64,000 bases of DNA from an uncultured Solibacteraceae bacterium (GTDB lineage Bacteria; Acidobacteriota; Vicinamibacteria; Vicinamibacterales; SCN-69-37). The position numbers and the translations under genes were made by a program. Shown here in pieces: positions 19,778 through 30,027 of this stretch (its first letter is position 1; each line of letters starts with the position of its first letter). The DNA lies in the NCBI GenBank assembly GCA_964489685.1, contig CAZAZR010000004.1, positions 2,428 through 66,427 of the forward strand. Reading direction: 5' to 3'. The notes under the pieces were generated by a model. That model made no database searches and was not told the origin of the DNA. It saw only the letters and a program-made list of their open reading frames with translations.

Positions 19778-21457
19778 ATGAGGAAGACGCACTTATTGAC
19801 GATGGGACTCGCCACCGTAGTCTTTGCGGCGGTGGTCGCACTGCCGCTGCGAGCGGCCAACGAGGTCATCGATTACGACGGCCTCGCGAAGATCAAGACG
19901 GAGGGCATGCAGAACTCGCAGGTGATGGACCTGGCGAGCTGGCTCACTGACGTTCATGGTCCGCGCCTGAGCGGCTCGGCCAACATTCAGCGGGCCGGTG
20001 AGTGGGCCGTTGCCGAGATGAAGAAGTGGGGCCTCCAGAACGTGGCCCTCGAACCGTGGGTGGACCAGACGCGTTTCCCGCGCGGGTGGACCAACGAAAA
20101 GTTCTATCTCGCCGCCGTATCGCCGCAAGCCTTCCCCATGACGGCGATGTCGTCGGCCTGGACGCCAGGCACGAACGGCCCCATTCGCGGCGAAGCGGTG
20201 CTCATCACGACCACGGACGGCGCGGACATCATGAAGCTGGCGGGCACCCTCAAGGGCAAGTTCGTGCTGACGCAGGCGCCGCCCGACGTAGCGGCATACT
20301 GGACGCCACAGGCGCAGCGCTACACCACCGAGCAACTGGACGCGATGGAGAACGCGCCGCGCGTGGCCGAACTGGGTCTGGCCGCACCGGGCGCCGCCGG
20401 CCGCGGCGCCGCAGGCGGACGTGCCGGCGGCCCAGGCACTCCAGGCGCTGCGCCCTTCAACCGCAATGACTTCTTCCTGAAGGAAGGCGTCGCCGCCGTG
20501 CTGACCACCAATGCGCGCGGCCATGGCCTCTTCACCATCGGCGGCAGCGCCACCGCCGACCCCGCCGCCACGCTGCCGTCCATTGTCGTCGCGGCCGAAC
20601 ACTACGGACGCGTGGCGCGGATGCTGCAGAAGAACCTGCCGGTCACGATCGAGGCCGACATCAAGAACACCTACACCCCGAACCCGACCATGTTCAACGT
20701 GGTGGCCGAAATTCCGGGCACGGACAAGGCGGACGAGATCGTGATGCTGGGCGCGCACTTCGACTCGTGGCATTCGTCCACCGGCGCCACGGACAACGCC
20801 GCCGGGTCGGCCGCCATGATGGAAGCGATGCGCATCCTGAAGGCGTCTGGCGTACGCCTGCGCCGGACGGTGCGACTCGGACTGTGGAATGGCGAAGAGC
20901 AGGGCCTGATCGGCTCACGCGACTACGTGTCGAAGCACTTTGCCGGGCGCGGAGCCCCACCACCGGCTCCAGCCGGTGCAGCGCCCGCAGCGCCGGGCCG
21001 CGGCGGTCGCGGCGGCCCTGTGGGTCCGCTGGTGACGACGCCTGCGCACGCGAAGTTTGCGGGCTACTTCAACATCGACAACGGCACCGGAGCCATTCGC
21101 GGCGTGTACCAACAGGGTAATGGGGCGGTCGGTCCGATCTTCCGCGCATGGATGGAGCCATTGCGCGATCTGGGCACCACCCACCTGAACCCGGGCAACA
21201 CCGGGGGCACCGATCACCAGTCGTTTGATGGCGTCGGCCTGCCGGGCTTCCAGTTCATCCAGGATTCGGTCGAGTACAACACCGTGACGCATCACTACAA
21301 CATGGACAGCTACGAGCGACTGCAGCCCGAGGACATGCGGCGCAACGCGACGATCGCCGCCGCGTTCGCATTCCTGACGGCAAACCGCGACGAACTGCTG
21401 CCGCGCAAAGCCATGGCGCCCGCCGGCGCAGGCCGAGGCGGGCGCGGGGGGCAGTAA
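19778..21457 (+). CDS. M28 family aminopeptidase, exported
   Basis: Start trimmed to MRKTHLL (signal peptide). M28 core LGAHFDSWHSSTGATDNAAGSAAMMEAMRIL and GEEQGLIGS. Gly/Arg-rich inserts are present. Confidence 0.85.
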   Translation: MRKTHLLTMGLATVVFAAVVALPLRAANEVIDYDGLAKIKTEGMQNSQVMDLASWLTDVHGPRLSGSANIQRAGEWAVAEMKKWGLQNVALEPWVDQTRFPRGWTNEKFYLAAVSPQAFPMTAMSSAWTPGTNGPIRGEAVLITTTDGADIMKLAGTLKGKFVLTQAPPDVAAYWTPQAQRYTTEQLDAMENAPRVAELGLAAPGAAGRGAAGGRAGGPGTPGAAPFNRNDFFLKEGVAAVLTTNARGHGLFTIGGSATADPAATLPSIVVAAEHYGRVARMLQKNLPVTIEADIKNTYTPNPTMFNVVAEIPGTDKADEIVMLGAHFDSWHSSTGATDNAAGSAAMMEAMRILKASGVRLRRTVRLGLWNGEEQGLIGSRDYVSKHFAGRGAPPPAPAGAAPAAPGRGGRGGPVGPLVTTPAHAKFAGYFNIDNGTGAIRGVYQQGNGAVGPIFRAWMEPLRDLGTTHLNPGNTGGTDHQSFDGVGLPGFQFIQDSVEYNTVTHHYNMDSYERLQPEDMRRNATIAAAFAFLTANRDELLPRKAMAPAGAGRGGRGGQ

Positions 21458-21464
21458 GAAGAGT

Positions 21465-21579
21465 GTCGGGGTCCGGGGGTCCCGGGGTCGGTGGAGCGGC
21501 TGCGCCGGACTTCCTCAAAGGAAGCCCCTGCGAAGCAGGCACCACCGACTCCGGGCCCCGGGACCCCCGGACCCCGACT
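21465..21579. terminator. Long GC-rich inverted repeat filling the convergent M28-peptidase/ilvE intergenic gap; candidate bidirectional terminator or structured RNA
   Basis: The left arm (21465-21494, gtcggggtccgggggtcccggggtcggtgg) pairs with 21543-21579, perfect except for one 7-nt bulge (tccgggc). The 48-nt spacer holds two small hairpins (cttcc/ggaag and cctgc/gcagg). Confidence 0.5.
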
Positions 21580-21584
21580 TGATC

Positions 21585-22496
21585 TTACGTGAGCGTAATC
21601 CACCCTTCCGACCGCGCGTGGCCTCCGCGAACCGCCGACAGATACGCCTCACGGATGGCGCAGGTGATGGGGCCCGGGGCGCCGGCGCCCACAGGTCGGC
21701 GATCCACGCTCGTGATGCCAACGACCTCGGCGGCCGTCCCGCACACAAACACTTCGTCCACCACATAGAGGTGATCGCGGCTGAGTTGCGACTCCTGCAC
21801 GGGAATGCCCAGGTCCTGCGCGAGCGCCACGACGGTGTCGCGTGTGATGCCCTCGAGGATTGCGTCGGCGGGTGGTGTCACCAAGCGTCCGTTGCGCACG
21901 GCAAACAGGTTCGCGCCCGTGCATTCGGCCACGTAGCCCTGCGGATCCAGCATGATCGCCTCGTCGAAGCCGTTTCGCTGCGCATCGGTCTTGGCCAGGA
22001 TCGAATTCACATAGTTGCCGCTGACCTTGGCCTTGGTCATCATCGCGTTCGGATGGTGGCGCGTGAAACTCGAGACACACGCCTTGAGCCCCTCGGCCAC
22101 CGTGCTCTTCCCGCCATACACCGACTGCTCCCAGACCGTGACTGCGACGTGAGCCCTGCCCGAGTCGATCGTCAACTGCCATCCGCCCTCGGCGAGCCAG
22201 AGCAGGGGCCTGATGTAGCAATCGCCGTATCCGTTGGCGCGCACCGTGGCGCACACGGCGTCCATCATCTCGTCGATGGAATGCGGCAGGTCGAGAAAGC
22301 CGGCGATGCGCGACGAATCCTCAAAGCGCTTCATGTGTTCGCGCAGGCGGAAGACGCCGAGGCCACGCGGGGTCCTGTATGCGCGAATTCCCTCAAAGAT
22401 GGCGACGCCGTAATGCAGACCGGCCGTCAGAAAGGGCACGGTCGCGTGTTCAGTGGCGATCATCTCGCCGTTCATCCAGGTGAATCTGCTGTTCAT
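21585..22496 (-). CDS. ilvE: Branched-chain amino acid aminotransferase (class IV)
   Basis: 303 aa with N-terminal 'WMNGEMI..EHATVPFLTAGLHYGVAIFEGIRAY', a typical IlvE sequence. Confidence 0.9.
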   Translation of the reverse strand: MNSRFTWMNGEMIATEHATVPFLTAGLHYGVAIFEGIRAYRTPRGLGVFRLREHMKRFEDSSRIAGFLDLPHSIDEMMDAVCATVRANGYGDCYIRPLLWLAEGGWQLTIDSGRAHVAVTVWEQSVYGGKSTVAEGLKACVSSFTRHHPNAMMTKAKVSGNYVNSILAKTDAQRNGFDEAIMLDPQGYVAECTGANLFAVRNGRLVTPPADAILEGITRDTVVALAQDLGIPVQESQLSRDHLYVVDEVFVCGTAAEVVGITSVDRRPVGAGAPGPITCAIREAYLSAVRGGHARSEGWITLT

Positions 22497-22505
22497 GTCT
22501 GTGCT

Positions 22506-23927
22506 CTACCAAATGCCAACACGGCCCGACACTGATGCAATCAGTCTCGCGCTATCGAAACCAATACCCTGCCTGAAGACCAGTTCCACGTTCCTGACAT
22601 CGCCGATCGTGGCTGACGGGTCGCCGGCAATGACCATGAGGTCGGCCTGTTTGCCGACCGCGATCGACCCCACCGTCCTGCCCCGGCCCAGATACTCCGC
22701 GCCGTTCAGCGTCACGATGCGAATGGCCTCGACGGGCGTGAACCCGGCTTCAACCAGAAGCTCGACCGTACGCTGATTCGAGAAGCCCGGCACCACACCG
22801 CCGCCACCCGTGGGGTCGGTGCCTGCGATCAGAGTCCCACCGGCGCGCGCGAAGGCCACATCAAGTTTCAGGGCCTTCGGAAAGAGACGCGCATAGATCG
22901 ATTCGGTATTCTTCGCCGTCCGCGCATAGCCCTGTTCGAACTGCTCCCTCAGCGGCGCCACCAGCACCTCGAGCCCCGGCGGAAGCGGCCGCCCCGGTGT
23001 GAATGTCTCAAACACCGTTGGCGTCGTGGTCAGCGTGACCTTCTTGTCGATGAGCTTGCGGACGAGCGCCTTGAAGGGTTCGCCGTTTTCGTCGAGGGCT
23101 GCGATGGTCTGCTGCCCGGTCCCCTGACCCGGACACACATCAGGAAGCTTCGTGGGCACGAAGTCTGTGGCCGCAAGGAACCCGTGCTCGAGGTTGTCGA
23201 TGCCCAGGTCGGCCGCCTCGGCATAGGTAACCGAACATAAATGGCCGGTCACTTTGATGCCGCGCGTGTGGGCTTCGTCAATCGCCGCGCCGAGGTCGGC
23301 GCGCGAGATCTGCATGTACGCCTTGAACGACGTGGCGCCTTCATCTGCCCAATAGTTCACCTGCCGCCGCGCGTCGTCTGGTCCCGTGAGCGCGCGCATC
23401 TGGATGAAGGTGTTCGGGCCATTCAGGTACGGCGCCGTCGCGTCGATGGCCGGACCGGCCTTGCTGCCCGCATCGATGAGCTTCTTCATGTTGATGTCCA
23501 TGAAGCCGTTCACATTGCCGCCCGTACGGATCGTCGTCACGCCGCCAGCCAGATACAGACGCACGAAACTTTCGCCGAGCTGTCCGTACACGCCGGGGCC
23601 GGTCGGGTAATACAAGTGCTCATGCACCATGACCATGCCTGGCATGAGCGTTTTGCCCGTCAGGTCCAGCACACGAGCCCCTTCGGGCACCGCCGTGCTT
23701 GCAGTTGGTCCCATGGCCGCAATCAGGCCGTCACGCAGGATGACGGTTTGATCACTGCGAACCGCGCCGCCCGTCCCATCAATGACTCGCGCATGCGTCA
23801 GCGCGACGACGGCGGCATCCACAGTTACGAACTGTCGAATGGCGTTGCCGACAGTCGGCCGCTGTGCGTAAGCGGTCACCGATGTGGCAGCCATGACCAC
23901 AGACAAGATCCACTGTGCTGTTCGCAT
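22506..23927 (-). CDS. Amidohydrolase family protein (exported, imidazolonepropionase/prolidase-like)
   Basis: Signal peptide, 'PGMVMVHEHL' metal-binding HxH region and a C-terminal 'GSIAVGKQADLMVI' motif. Confidence 0.8.
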   Translation of the reverse strand: MRTAQWILSVVMAATSVTAYAQRPTVGNAIRQFVTVDAAVVALTHARVIDGTGGAVRSDQTVILRDGLIAAMGPTASTAVPEGARVLDLTGKTLMPGMVMVHEHLYYPTGPGVYGQLGESFVRLYLAGGVTTIRTGGNVNGFMDINMKKLIDAGSKAGPAIDATAPYLNGPNTFIQMRALTGPDDARRQVNYWADEGATSFKAYMQISRADLGAAIDEAHTRGIKVTGHLCSVTYAEAADLGIDNLEHGFLAATDFVPTKLPDVCPGQGTGQQTIAALDENGEPFKALVRKLIDKKVTLTTTPTVFETFTPGRPLPPGLEVLVAPLREQFEQGYARTAKNTESIYARLFPKALKLDVAFARAGGTLIAGTDPTGGGGVVPGFSNQRTVELLVEAGFTPVEAIRIVTLNGAEYLGRGRTVGSIAVGKQADLMVIAGDPSATIGDVRNVELVFRQGIGFDSARLIASVSGRVGIW

Positions 23928-23948
23928 GGCGCGAATTATAATCGACGA

Positions 23949-26075
23949 ATGCTTTTTCAGACGTTCGTCACCACCCTGGGCATTGCTCTGAGCGTTGTGA
24001 GCCCGGCCCCTGAAGCTCAGGCGCCCCAGGCGCCGCCAGCCGTCGTGCTCCCTGACGTCAATGTCCTGGCTCAGAAAGAGCCGGCGAAGGCTCAGACCCT
24101 GCCGATCAGCCTGACTGCGATCACGGCCGAGATGCTGCAGCGCGCGGGCGTGATGATCGTGTCTGACGCAGCCGTGCAGGCCCCCAACGTCATCTTCACC
24201 GAATTCACGGCGCGCAAGCTGAGCAACGCGCGGTTCCGCGGCGTGGGATCCAGCCCGGCGAACCCGGCGGTCACCACGTTCCTTGATGGCGTGCCGCAGC
24301 TCAACGCCAATGCGTCGAGCGTGGAACTGCTTGACGTGGACCAGATTGAATTTGTCCGCGGGCCCCAGAGCGCGCTGTACGGACGCAACACGCTCGGTGG
24401 CCTGGTCAACGTGTTGTCGGCGCGACCGTCACTCTCGGCATGGACTGGGCGAGTGATCGCGCCGCTGGGCAACTTCAACTCGCGCGACGTCCGGGCTTCT
24501 GTGTCCGGCCCCCTCGCAGCCACGGTGGGACTTGCTGTGGCGTTTGGTCATGGTGCACGTGACGGCTTTACGACAAACCAGGTCACGGGTCGGACGGTGG
24601 ATGACCGGTCGGCGTCGTTCGGCAAGGCTCAACTGCTGTGGACGCCCTCGGCGCAGTGGGAAACGCGCGTGATTGTCAGTGGAGAACGCTCACGCGACGG
24701 TGACTATGGACTGTCGGACCTGGACGGCCTGCGCGCCAACCCATTCACGGTGGCACGGGACTTCGAAGGCCGTCAGGACCGCGACATCATGTCGGGCACG
24801 CTGCATGCCCGCCGCGAAGGCTCGCGCGTGAGTCTCACCAGCACCACCGGCGTGGTTCGCTGGAAGACCCAGGATGTGACTGACCTCGACTATTCGCCGC
24901 TGCCGTTCATCACGCGCGACAACACGGAAGAAGCCACGCAATTGAGTCAGGAACTGCGTCTGGCGTCCTCTACCGGCTCGCCGGTGCGGTTGTCGGACTC
25001 GGCCACGTTCTCGTGGCAGGCCGGCGTCTTCGGCTTCAGGCACAACTACGAGCAGGACGCCGTCAACACGTACGCTCCGTTCCTGCTCTCGCAGTTCATC
25101 ACGTTCCCTGTCACCGAGCATTCTCCCCAGGGCACCATCGAGGATTTCGGGCTCGCGGCGTTTGGACATTCGACGCTGACGTTCAACAACCGGGTAGACC
25201 TCACACTGGGCGTTCGCGCGGATCGGGAACGCAAGACGGCTGACCTTCGGACATTCCTGTTGCCGGAGATTGCCCCGGGAACCGCGCTGGACGCAGAGAA
25301 GACCTGGACCAACGTCTCACCCAGTGCCGCCCTGACCTATCGGATCAACGACAGCCACAGGGTCTACGCCTCAGCCAGCCGCGGCTTCAAAGCCGGTGGC
25401 TTCAACCCTGTTGCGCCGCCGTCATCGAACATCTATGACGAAGAACAGACGTGGAACGCAGAAGGGGGCGTCAAGGCGACCTGGGCCAACGGCCGCGTGC
25501 GCACCAATGCCGCCGTGTTCTCGATCAACTGGACCGACCTTCAGCTGAACCTGCCCATCTCCAACGCGCCGGGGCAGTTCTACATTTCGAACGTAGGCGA
25601 GGCCACCAGCCGCGGTCTCGAGGTGGAAGTGGCTGCTCGAGCGGCCTCAGGCGTGGATGTGTTCGGCGCGTTCGGATACACCCGTGCCCGGTTCTCCGAC
25701 GGCAGCCTGTCCAGCGGCATCGATGTGTCGGACAATCTTGTCCCGTTCACACCCGACTTCACCGCATCGGCCGGCATCGACGTGTCACGCGCGGTGCGCC
25801 CGAACGTTCAGGTGTTTGGCCGGGCCGAAGTTGTGCGCCACGGCGCGTTCCAGTACGACGACGCGAATACGGCCGGACAGAAGGCATATTCGCTGGTCAA
25901 TATGCGCGCAGGCGTCAGCGTTCGAAAGGTCGCCATCGAAGCGTTCATCAAGAACGCCTTCGACACACGCTACATCCCGACGGCATTTGCCTACCCTGGT
26001 CTTGCACCATCGGGATTCGTCGGCGAAATGGGCCGGCCCAGGACCTTTGGGATCAGCTTGTCTGTTGGATTCTGA
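23949..26075 (+). CDS. TonB-dependent receptor
   Basis: Start trimmed to the ATG at 23949 (MLFQTFVTTLG signal); the upstream part of the track ORF is antisense to the amidohydrolase. Plug motifs (RFRGVGSS, IEFVRGPQSALYGRNTLGGLVNV) and a terminal aromatic ...LSVGF. Confidence 0.85.
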   Translation: MLFQTFVTTLGIALSVVSPAPEAQAPQAPPAVVLPDVNVLAQKEPAKAQTLPISLTAITAEMLQRAGVMIVSDAAVQAPNVIFTEFTARKLSNARFRGVGSSPANPAVTTFLDGVPQLNANASSVELLDVDQIEFVRGPQSALYGRNTLGGLVNVLSARPSLSAWTGRVIAPLGNFNSRDVRASVSGPLAATVGLAVAFGHGARDGFTTNQVTGRTVDDRSASFGKAQLLWTPSAQWETRVIVSGERSRDGDYGLSDLDGLRANPFTVARDFEGRQDRDIMSGTLHARREGSRVSLTSTTGVVRWKTQDVTDLDYSPLPFITRDNTEEATQLSQELRLASSTGSPVRLSDSATFSWQAGVFGFRHNYEQDAVNTYAPFLLSQFITFPVTEHSPQGTIEDFGLAAFGHSTLTFNNRVDLTLGVRADRERKTADLRTFLLPEIAPGTALDAEKTWTNVSPSAALTYRINDSHRVYASASRGFKAGGFNPVAPPSSNIYDEEQTWNAEGGVKATWANGRVRTNAAVFSINWTDLQLNLPISNAPGQFYISNVGEATSRGLEVEVAARAASGVDVFGAFGYTRARFSDGSLSSGIDVSDNLVPFTPDFTASAGIDVSRAVRPNVQVFGRAEVVRHGAFQYDDANTAGQKAYSLVNMRAGVSVRKVAIEAFIKNAFDTRYIPTAFAYPGLAPSGFVGEMGRPRTFGISLSVGF

Positions 26076-26080
26076 TCCCG

Positions 26081-26107
26081 GTCCAGAGTCCAGAGTCCAG
26101 AGTCCGG
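26081..26107. repeat. Tandem heptamer (GTCCAGA) x ~3.9
   Basis: gtccaga gtccaga gtccaga gtccgg, directly after the TonB-dependent receptor stop codon. Confidence 0.9.
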
Positions 26108-26200
26108 CCTTCGTACGTAGCGCGGCCTGGGTCTCAAGGCCGCAGATATCCCGCGCGCTTGAGGCCCAGCGCGCGCTACGAAATGCGAGCCACGCGCACG

Positions 26201-26965
26201 CTATCCGCGCGGGAAGCGCTTCGTCAGGATCCGTCGCATCTCAGTGATTGGTTCCGTGTGGTCGTCCACCTGGAGCCGCAACACAACATCGTTGTGCAGC
26301 CACGGCCCGCCGTCTTTCTTGACGATGAGCATGGCGGCCGATTGCATGCCGCGCGTGTCGCCACCGGCGGCCTGACCAGCTTCGAGCGCGGCCTGTAACC
26401 GGAACGCCAGCCGGCCCTTGGTCGTCTCGAACGCCTTCACCATGCCTTCAACCACCGCGGGACCGGCCAGGATGTTGCCCTGCGCCGTGCACAGGATGCC
26501 CTGTTTGTGTCCCGCCCATTCACTGGCCTGCGGCCCGGTGAACACGGCAGTCTCACCGACGGGATTAATCACCGCGAACTGACGCCCTGCCTTCGGCCAC
26601 GGTTGGTTGCGCAGTCCGGGATCGGGATCGCGCTCCCAAATCTGCTTCACGACGTCGGCGGGCTTGAGCCCCTTGCGCAACAGTTCCAGTGCCTGCGGCC
26701 CATAACTGACGTCAACAATGGCCTGTGTGGCTGCGGCACCAACCCCGGCCTCGGCCCACAACACCCCGTTGCCGACCGAGAAGACGCGTGACTGCACCGC
26801 GCCGCCGAGTTCACCCGACTCCGGGTCGTAGCCGAGGATGGAAAACGTCGCCACAGGATCAGCGGGCAGTGCCGGCCGCTGCGACGCGGCGGAATGCGAA
26901 ACGGCCACCGCGGCGAATGCGGCAAGAACCAACAGGACGCGACGGCTGACTGTGTGTGTCGTCAT
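26201..26965 (-). CDS. DUF1028 domain-containing protein (Ntn-hydrolase fold), exported
   Basis: 'TFSILGYDPESGELGGAVQSRVFSVGNGVLWAEAGVGAAATQA' matches the DUF1028 N-terminal signature. A signal peptide precedes it. Confidence 0.75.
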   Translation of the reverse strand: MTTHTVSRRVLLVLAAFAAVAVSHSAASQRPALPADPVATFSILGYDPESGELGGAVQSRVFSVGNGVLWAEAGVGAAATQAIVDVSYGPQALELLRKGLKPADVVKQIWERDPDPGLRNQPWPKAGRQFAVINPVGETAVFTGPQASEWAGHKQGILCTAQGNILAGPAVVEGMVKAFETTKGRLAFRLQAALEAGQAAGGDTRGMQSAAMLIVKKDGGPWLHNDVVLRLQVDDHTEPITEMRRILTKRFPRG

Positions 26966-27417
26966 CGAAAGACCTCCCGAATCACCTGCTCACGATAGTC
27001 GAAGATGCGGCTGACCTGACGCCGGACGATGGGCAACACGATCTCACCCATCGGCCATAGGGGCAACTGGTACTGCACGTGGTCAAGGACCTCGGTGCCG
27101 TCTGCATTTTCCACGAACCGGTGGGTATGAATCCACTGCCGGTACGGCCCCTTGACCTGTTCATCGATGAACAGCCGCGGCGGTTCCCACGTGGAGATCA
27201 GCGTCTGCCAGCCGAACCCGACGCCGAAAAGCGACAGTCGGTAGTCAAGCCTGGTGCCCTGTGTCATCAATACGGGCTGCGGGGTCAGGATGTGGAAATT
27301 GAGTTCCGGCGGAGTGATACGCTCGAGGTTGCCGGCCTCGGAGAAGAACGAAAAGACCTCATCGATCGCGCGAGGGATGACGATCCGGCGGTTGAGGTGG
27401 TGCGATTGTTCGATCAT
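26962..27417 (-). CDS. SRPBCC family (START/cyclase-dehydrase-like) protein
   Basis: Start trimmed to MIEQSH (27417). About 150 aa with a typical SRPBCC length and pattern (VFSFFSEAGNLERITPP...). Confidence 0.6.
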   Translation of the reverse strand: MIEQSHHLNRRIVIPRAIDEVFSFFSEAGNLERITPPELNFHILTPQPVLMTQGTRLDYRLSLFGVGFGWQTLISTWEPPRLFIDEQVKGPYRQWIHTHRFVENADGTEVLDHVQYQLPLWPMGEIVLPIVRRQVSRIFDYREQVIREVFR

Positions 27418-27424
27418 TGTCCCC

Positions 27425-28342
27425 TCAGCGCCGCACCGCGCCCGGGCGCGTGATGAATTCTGCGACAGCACTGATGAAGGACGCGTGGGTGTCTTCAAGC
27501 TGAGCGGCGTGATCACCACCAGGCAACTGTGTCCATTGCCGCTGGGGGGACCCGATTTTCGCGAAGAACCTGGCCGTTACATCGGCAGGCACGCCCGGAT
27601 CGCTCGATCCATGCAGCACCATCGTCGGCATCGTGAGACGCGCGGGATCGAGGGCGTTGAATTCGTCTTCGCGGATCCAGTCCACGCGCACCGGATCGGC
27701 GGCCACCGCCTGCGCGGCGAACGCCCTCATTACAGCCGGGGGAGTCACTGCCGGCGAAATGAAGTCGCTGAGCGCGTCTTCGGGCGTCGTCTTGGCGAAG
27801 GCCGGACGCTCAGGTACCGGCAACGCTGCGTATTTCAGCCCCGGGTCCATCGTGAACCCGAAGAGGACCAGCGCAGACAACGTCACTCCGGGCGTCTGCG
27901 CCGTCAGATGCGCCACCGCGCCGCCCTGCGACCAGCCGAGAAGCGCGGGCGGTGGCAGCGACGGATGGCGCGCAGCGGCCCACCGCACCACCGCGCTCAC
28001 GTCGGCCGCGGCCCGTCGCGGGGTGAGAAACCCGGTGGCATCCCGTCGAGTTTCGCCGTAACCACGCAGGTCAACAGCGTACGCAGCGATGCCCTGGGCC
28101 GCGAGTGAACTCAGCACAGACCGTTGCAGTCCGGGCACCTGAAGATCGAAGTCTGGACGGCTGCTCCACGTGCGGCCATGCACCAGCACGATGACCGCGC
28201 GCGGCGCGGTTGGCCCTCGCGACCACACGACGAGCGGATGGCCGTCTGAGAGAACGAGATGGCGTGCAGGCGGCGGCTGCGCCAGGGCCGCCACAGGAAG
28301 GCAAAGGGTGAGCAGGAACAGGCCCGCAGCCACGATGCGCAC
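27425..28342 (-). CDS. Alpha/beta hydrolase, exported
   Basis: Signal peptide, HG oxyanion region (VLVHGRTW), nucleophile elbow GWSQGG and a C-terminal GGDHA. Confidence 0.65.
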   Translation of the reverse strand: MRIVAAGLFLLTLCLPVAALAQPPPARHLVLSDGHPLVVWSRGPTAPRAVIVLVHGRTWSSRPDFDLQVPGLQRSVLSSLAAQGIAAYAVDLRGYGETRRDATGFLTPRRAAADVSAVVRWAAARHPSLPPPALLGWSQGGAVAHLTAQTPGVTLSALVLFGFTMDPGLKYAALPVPERPAFAKTTPEDALSDFISPAVTPPAVMRAFAAQAVAADPVRVDWIREDEFNALDPARLTMPTMVLHGSSDPGVPADVTARFFAKIGSPQRQWTQLPGGDHAAQLEDTHASFISAVAEFITRPGAVRR

Positions 28343-28345
28343 AGT

Positions 28346-29449
28346 CTACACGTTGAACTTGAAGAGCAGCACGTCGCCGTCGGCCACGACGTACTCCTTG
28401 CCTTCCATGCGGTACAGGCCCTTGTCGCGAGCGGCGGCAACCGAGCCACACGAGACCAAATCGGTGTAGGCCACGGTTTCGGCCTTGATGAAACCTCGTT
28501 CGAAATCCGAGTGGATTACGCCCGCCGCCTGTGGCGCCGTGTCACCGGCGTGAATCGTCCACGCGCGCACTTCCTTTTCACCTGCGGTGAAGTAGGTGCG
28601 CAGGCCGAGCAGGTGGAACGTGGCGCGAATCAGCGATCCGAGGCCGCTCTCGGCAACGCCAAGTTCCTTGAGGAACGCCTGGGCTTCGTCGGGCTCCAGA
28701 TCCACCAGGTCGCTCTCGATCTGGGCGCTGATCACCACGGCTTCACACGCCAGGTGTGCCTTGACGTATTCCCGAACCTTGATGACGTAGGGATTGGTGT
28801 CGGCGGTGGCGAGGTCGCCTTCCTTCACGTTGCACGCAAAGATCGTCGGCTTGTCGGTGAGCAGGAACAGGGCGCGCGACAGCGCCCGCTCCTCCGGCGT
28901 CAGGTCCACCATCAGCGCGGGCCTCCCGGAGTCGAGCACCGGTTCCACTTTGGCGAGCGCGACTTCTTCGGCGGCCGCGGCTTTATCGCCGCGCTTCACG
29001 TCTTTGGCAAGACGCTCGCGGCGCTTCCTGACCGACTCCAGGTCGGCCAGAATCAGCTCGGTGTTGATGATCTCGATGTCGCGGACCGGGTCCACCGTGC
29101 CGGACACGTGGTGCACGTCTTCGTCTTCAAAGCACCGCACCACCTGCACGATAGCGTCTACTTCGCGGATGTGCGTCAGGAACTTGTTACCCAGTCCCTC
29201 GCCCGTGCTCGCGCCCTTGACCAGCCCGGCGATATCCACGAACTCAATCGCGGCCGGAATCACCACATTGGTTTTGGCGATTTTCTGCAGCTCGGACAAC
29301 CGCGCATCGGGCACGGTGACGATTCCCACGTTGGGGTCGATGGTGCAGAACGGATAGTTGGCGGCCTCGGCCTTCCGAGTACGCGTGACGGCGTTAAATA
29401 GTGTGGACTTGCCCACGTTGGGCAGGCCCACGATCCCGGCTGTCAGCAT
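28346..29449 (-). CDS. ychF: Redox-regulated ATPase YchF
   Basis: 367 aa with the [17 protein letters not shown]-loop and a conserved C-terminal TGS-like segment ([13 protein letters not shown]). Confidence 0.95.
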   Translation of the reverse strand: MLTAGIVGLPNVGKSTLFNAVTRTRKAEAANYPFCTIDPNVGIVTVPDARLSELQKIAKTNVVIPAAIEFVDIAGLVKGASTGEGLGNKFLTHIREVDAIVQVVRCFEDEDVHHVSGTVDPVRDIEIINTELILADLESVRKRRERLAKDVKRGDKAAAAEEVALAKVEPVLDSGRPALMVDLTPEERALSRALFLLTDKPTIFACNVKEGDLATADTNPYVIKVREYVKAHLACEAVVISAQIESDLVDLEPDEAQAFLKELGVAESGLGSLIRATFHLLGLRTYFTAGEKEVRAWTIHAGDTAPQAAGVIHSDFERGFIKAETVAYTDLVSCGSVAAARDKGLYRMEGKEYVVADGDVLLFKFNV

Positions 29450-29458
29450 GGCAGCGCT

Positions 29459-30007
29459 TCAGTTCTTCGGCGCCGGAGCCGGAGCGGCCGTCCGCGCCTG
29501 GCGCGCACGCGTCAGGTGCGGCACGACGCCAACTAACCGCTGGCAGACCATCAACTGGGCGCGATGGTGCATCTCGTGTTCTTTGGTGCCCATCAGCATT
29601 TCGAACCGCGTTTTGGACGGCGGATCGAGGGGAGCCGGGAAGCCGACGCGCTCGGCCAAATCGGACTCGCTCAGGCCATCGAGGAACGCGGCAAACGTCT
29701 CGCCGTCAACCTCGAGGGCGCGCAGCACCGCGTCGCGCGTGTCCATCGCCTGTTCAAAGGCCTTGGCCGCACCGATGTAGGCGCCAAAATCCTCGAAGGT
29801 GACAAACGTCTTTTTGTCCTGCCCATGCAGCTTGAGCTGCCAGGTGGTGGAAGCGGCCAGATGCGCCAGCATCTCGTGCACGCTCATCGATTCCGGCGTG
29901 GCGCGAAAGCCCCACTGCCCGGCCGGAATATCCATGGCCACCTGAATCGTGTTCTTACGCACAGTGCGGAACGCCCGCCCAAAGTCAGTACCGGAGTAGC
30001 TCGTCAT
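29459..30007 (-). CDS. DinB family protein
   Basis: Start trimmed to MTSYSG (30007). Four-helix-bundle pattern with a His triad (MLAHLA..., HEMHHRAQL). Confidence 0.65.
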   Translation of the reverse strand: MTSYSGTDFGRAFRTVRKNTIQVAMDIPAGQWGFRATPESMSVHEMLAHLAASTTWQLKLHGQDKKTFVTFEDFGAYIGAAKAFEQAMDTRDAVLRALEVDGETFAAFLDGLSESDLAERVGFPAPLDPPSKTRFEMLMGTKEHEMHHRAQLMVCQRLVGVVPHLTRARQARTAAPAPAPKN

Positions 30008-30027
30008 AGCGTTTGATCGTACACCAA

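Noticed and set aside
23241-23948. The 236-codon N-terminal extension of the TonB-receptor ORF in the track.
   Set aside because: It is antisense to the amidohydrolase gene and has no signal peptide. A proper ATG followed by a signal peptide occurs at 23949.
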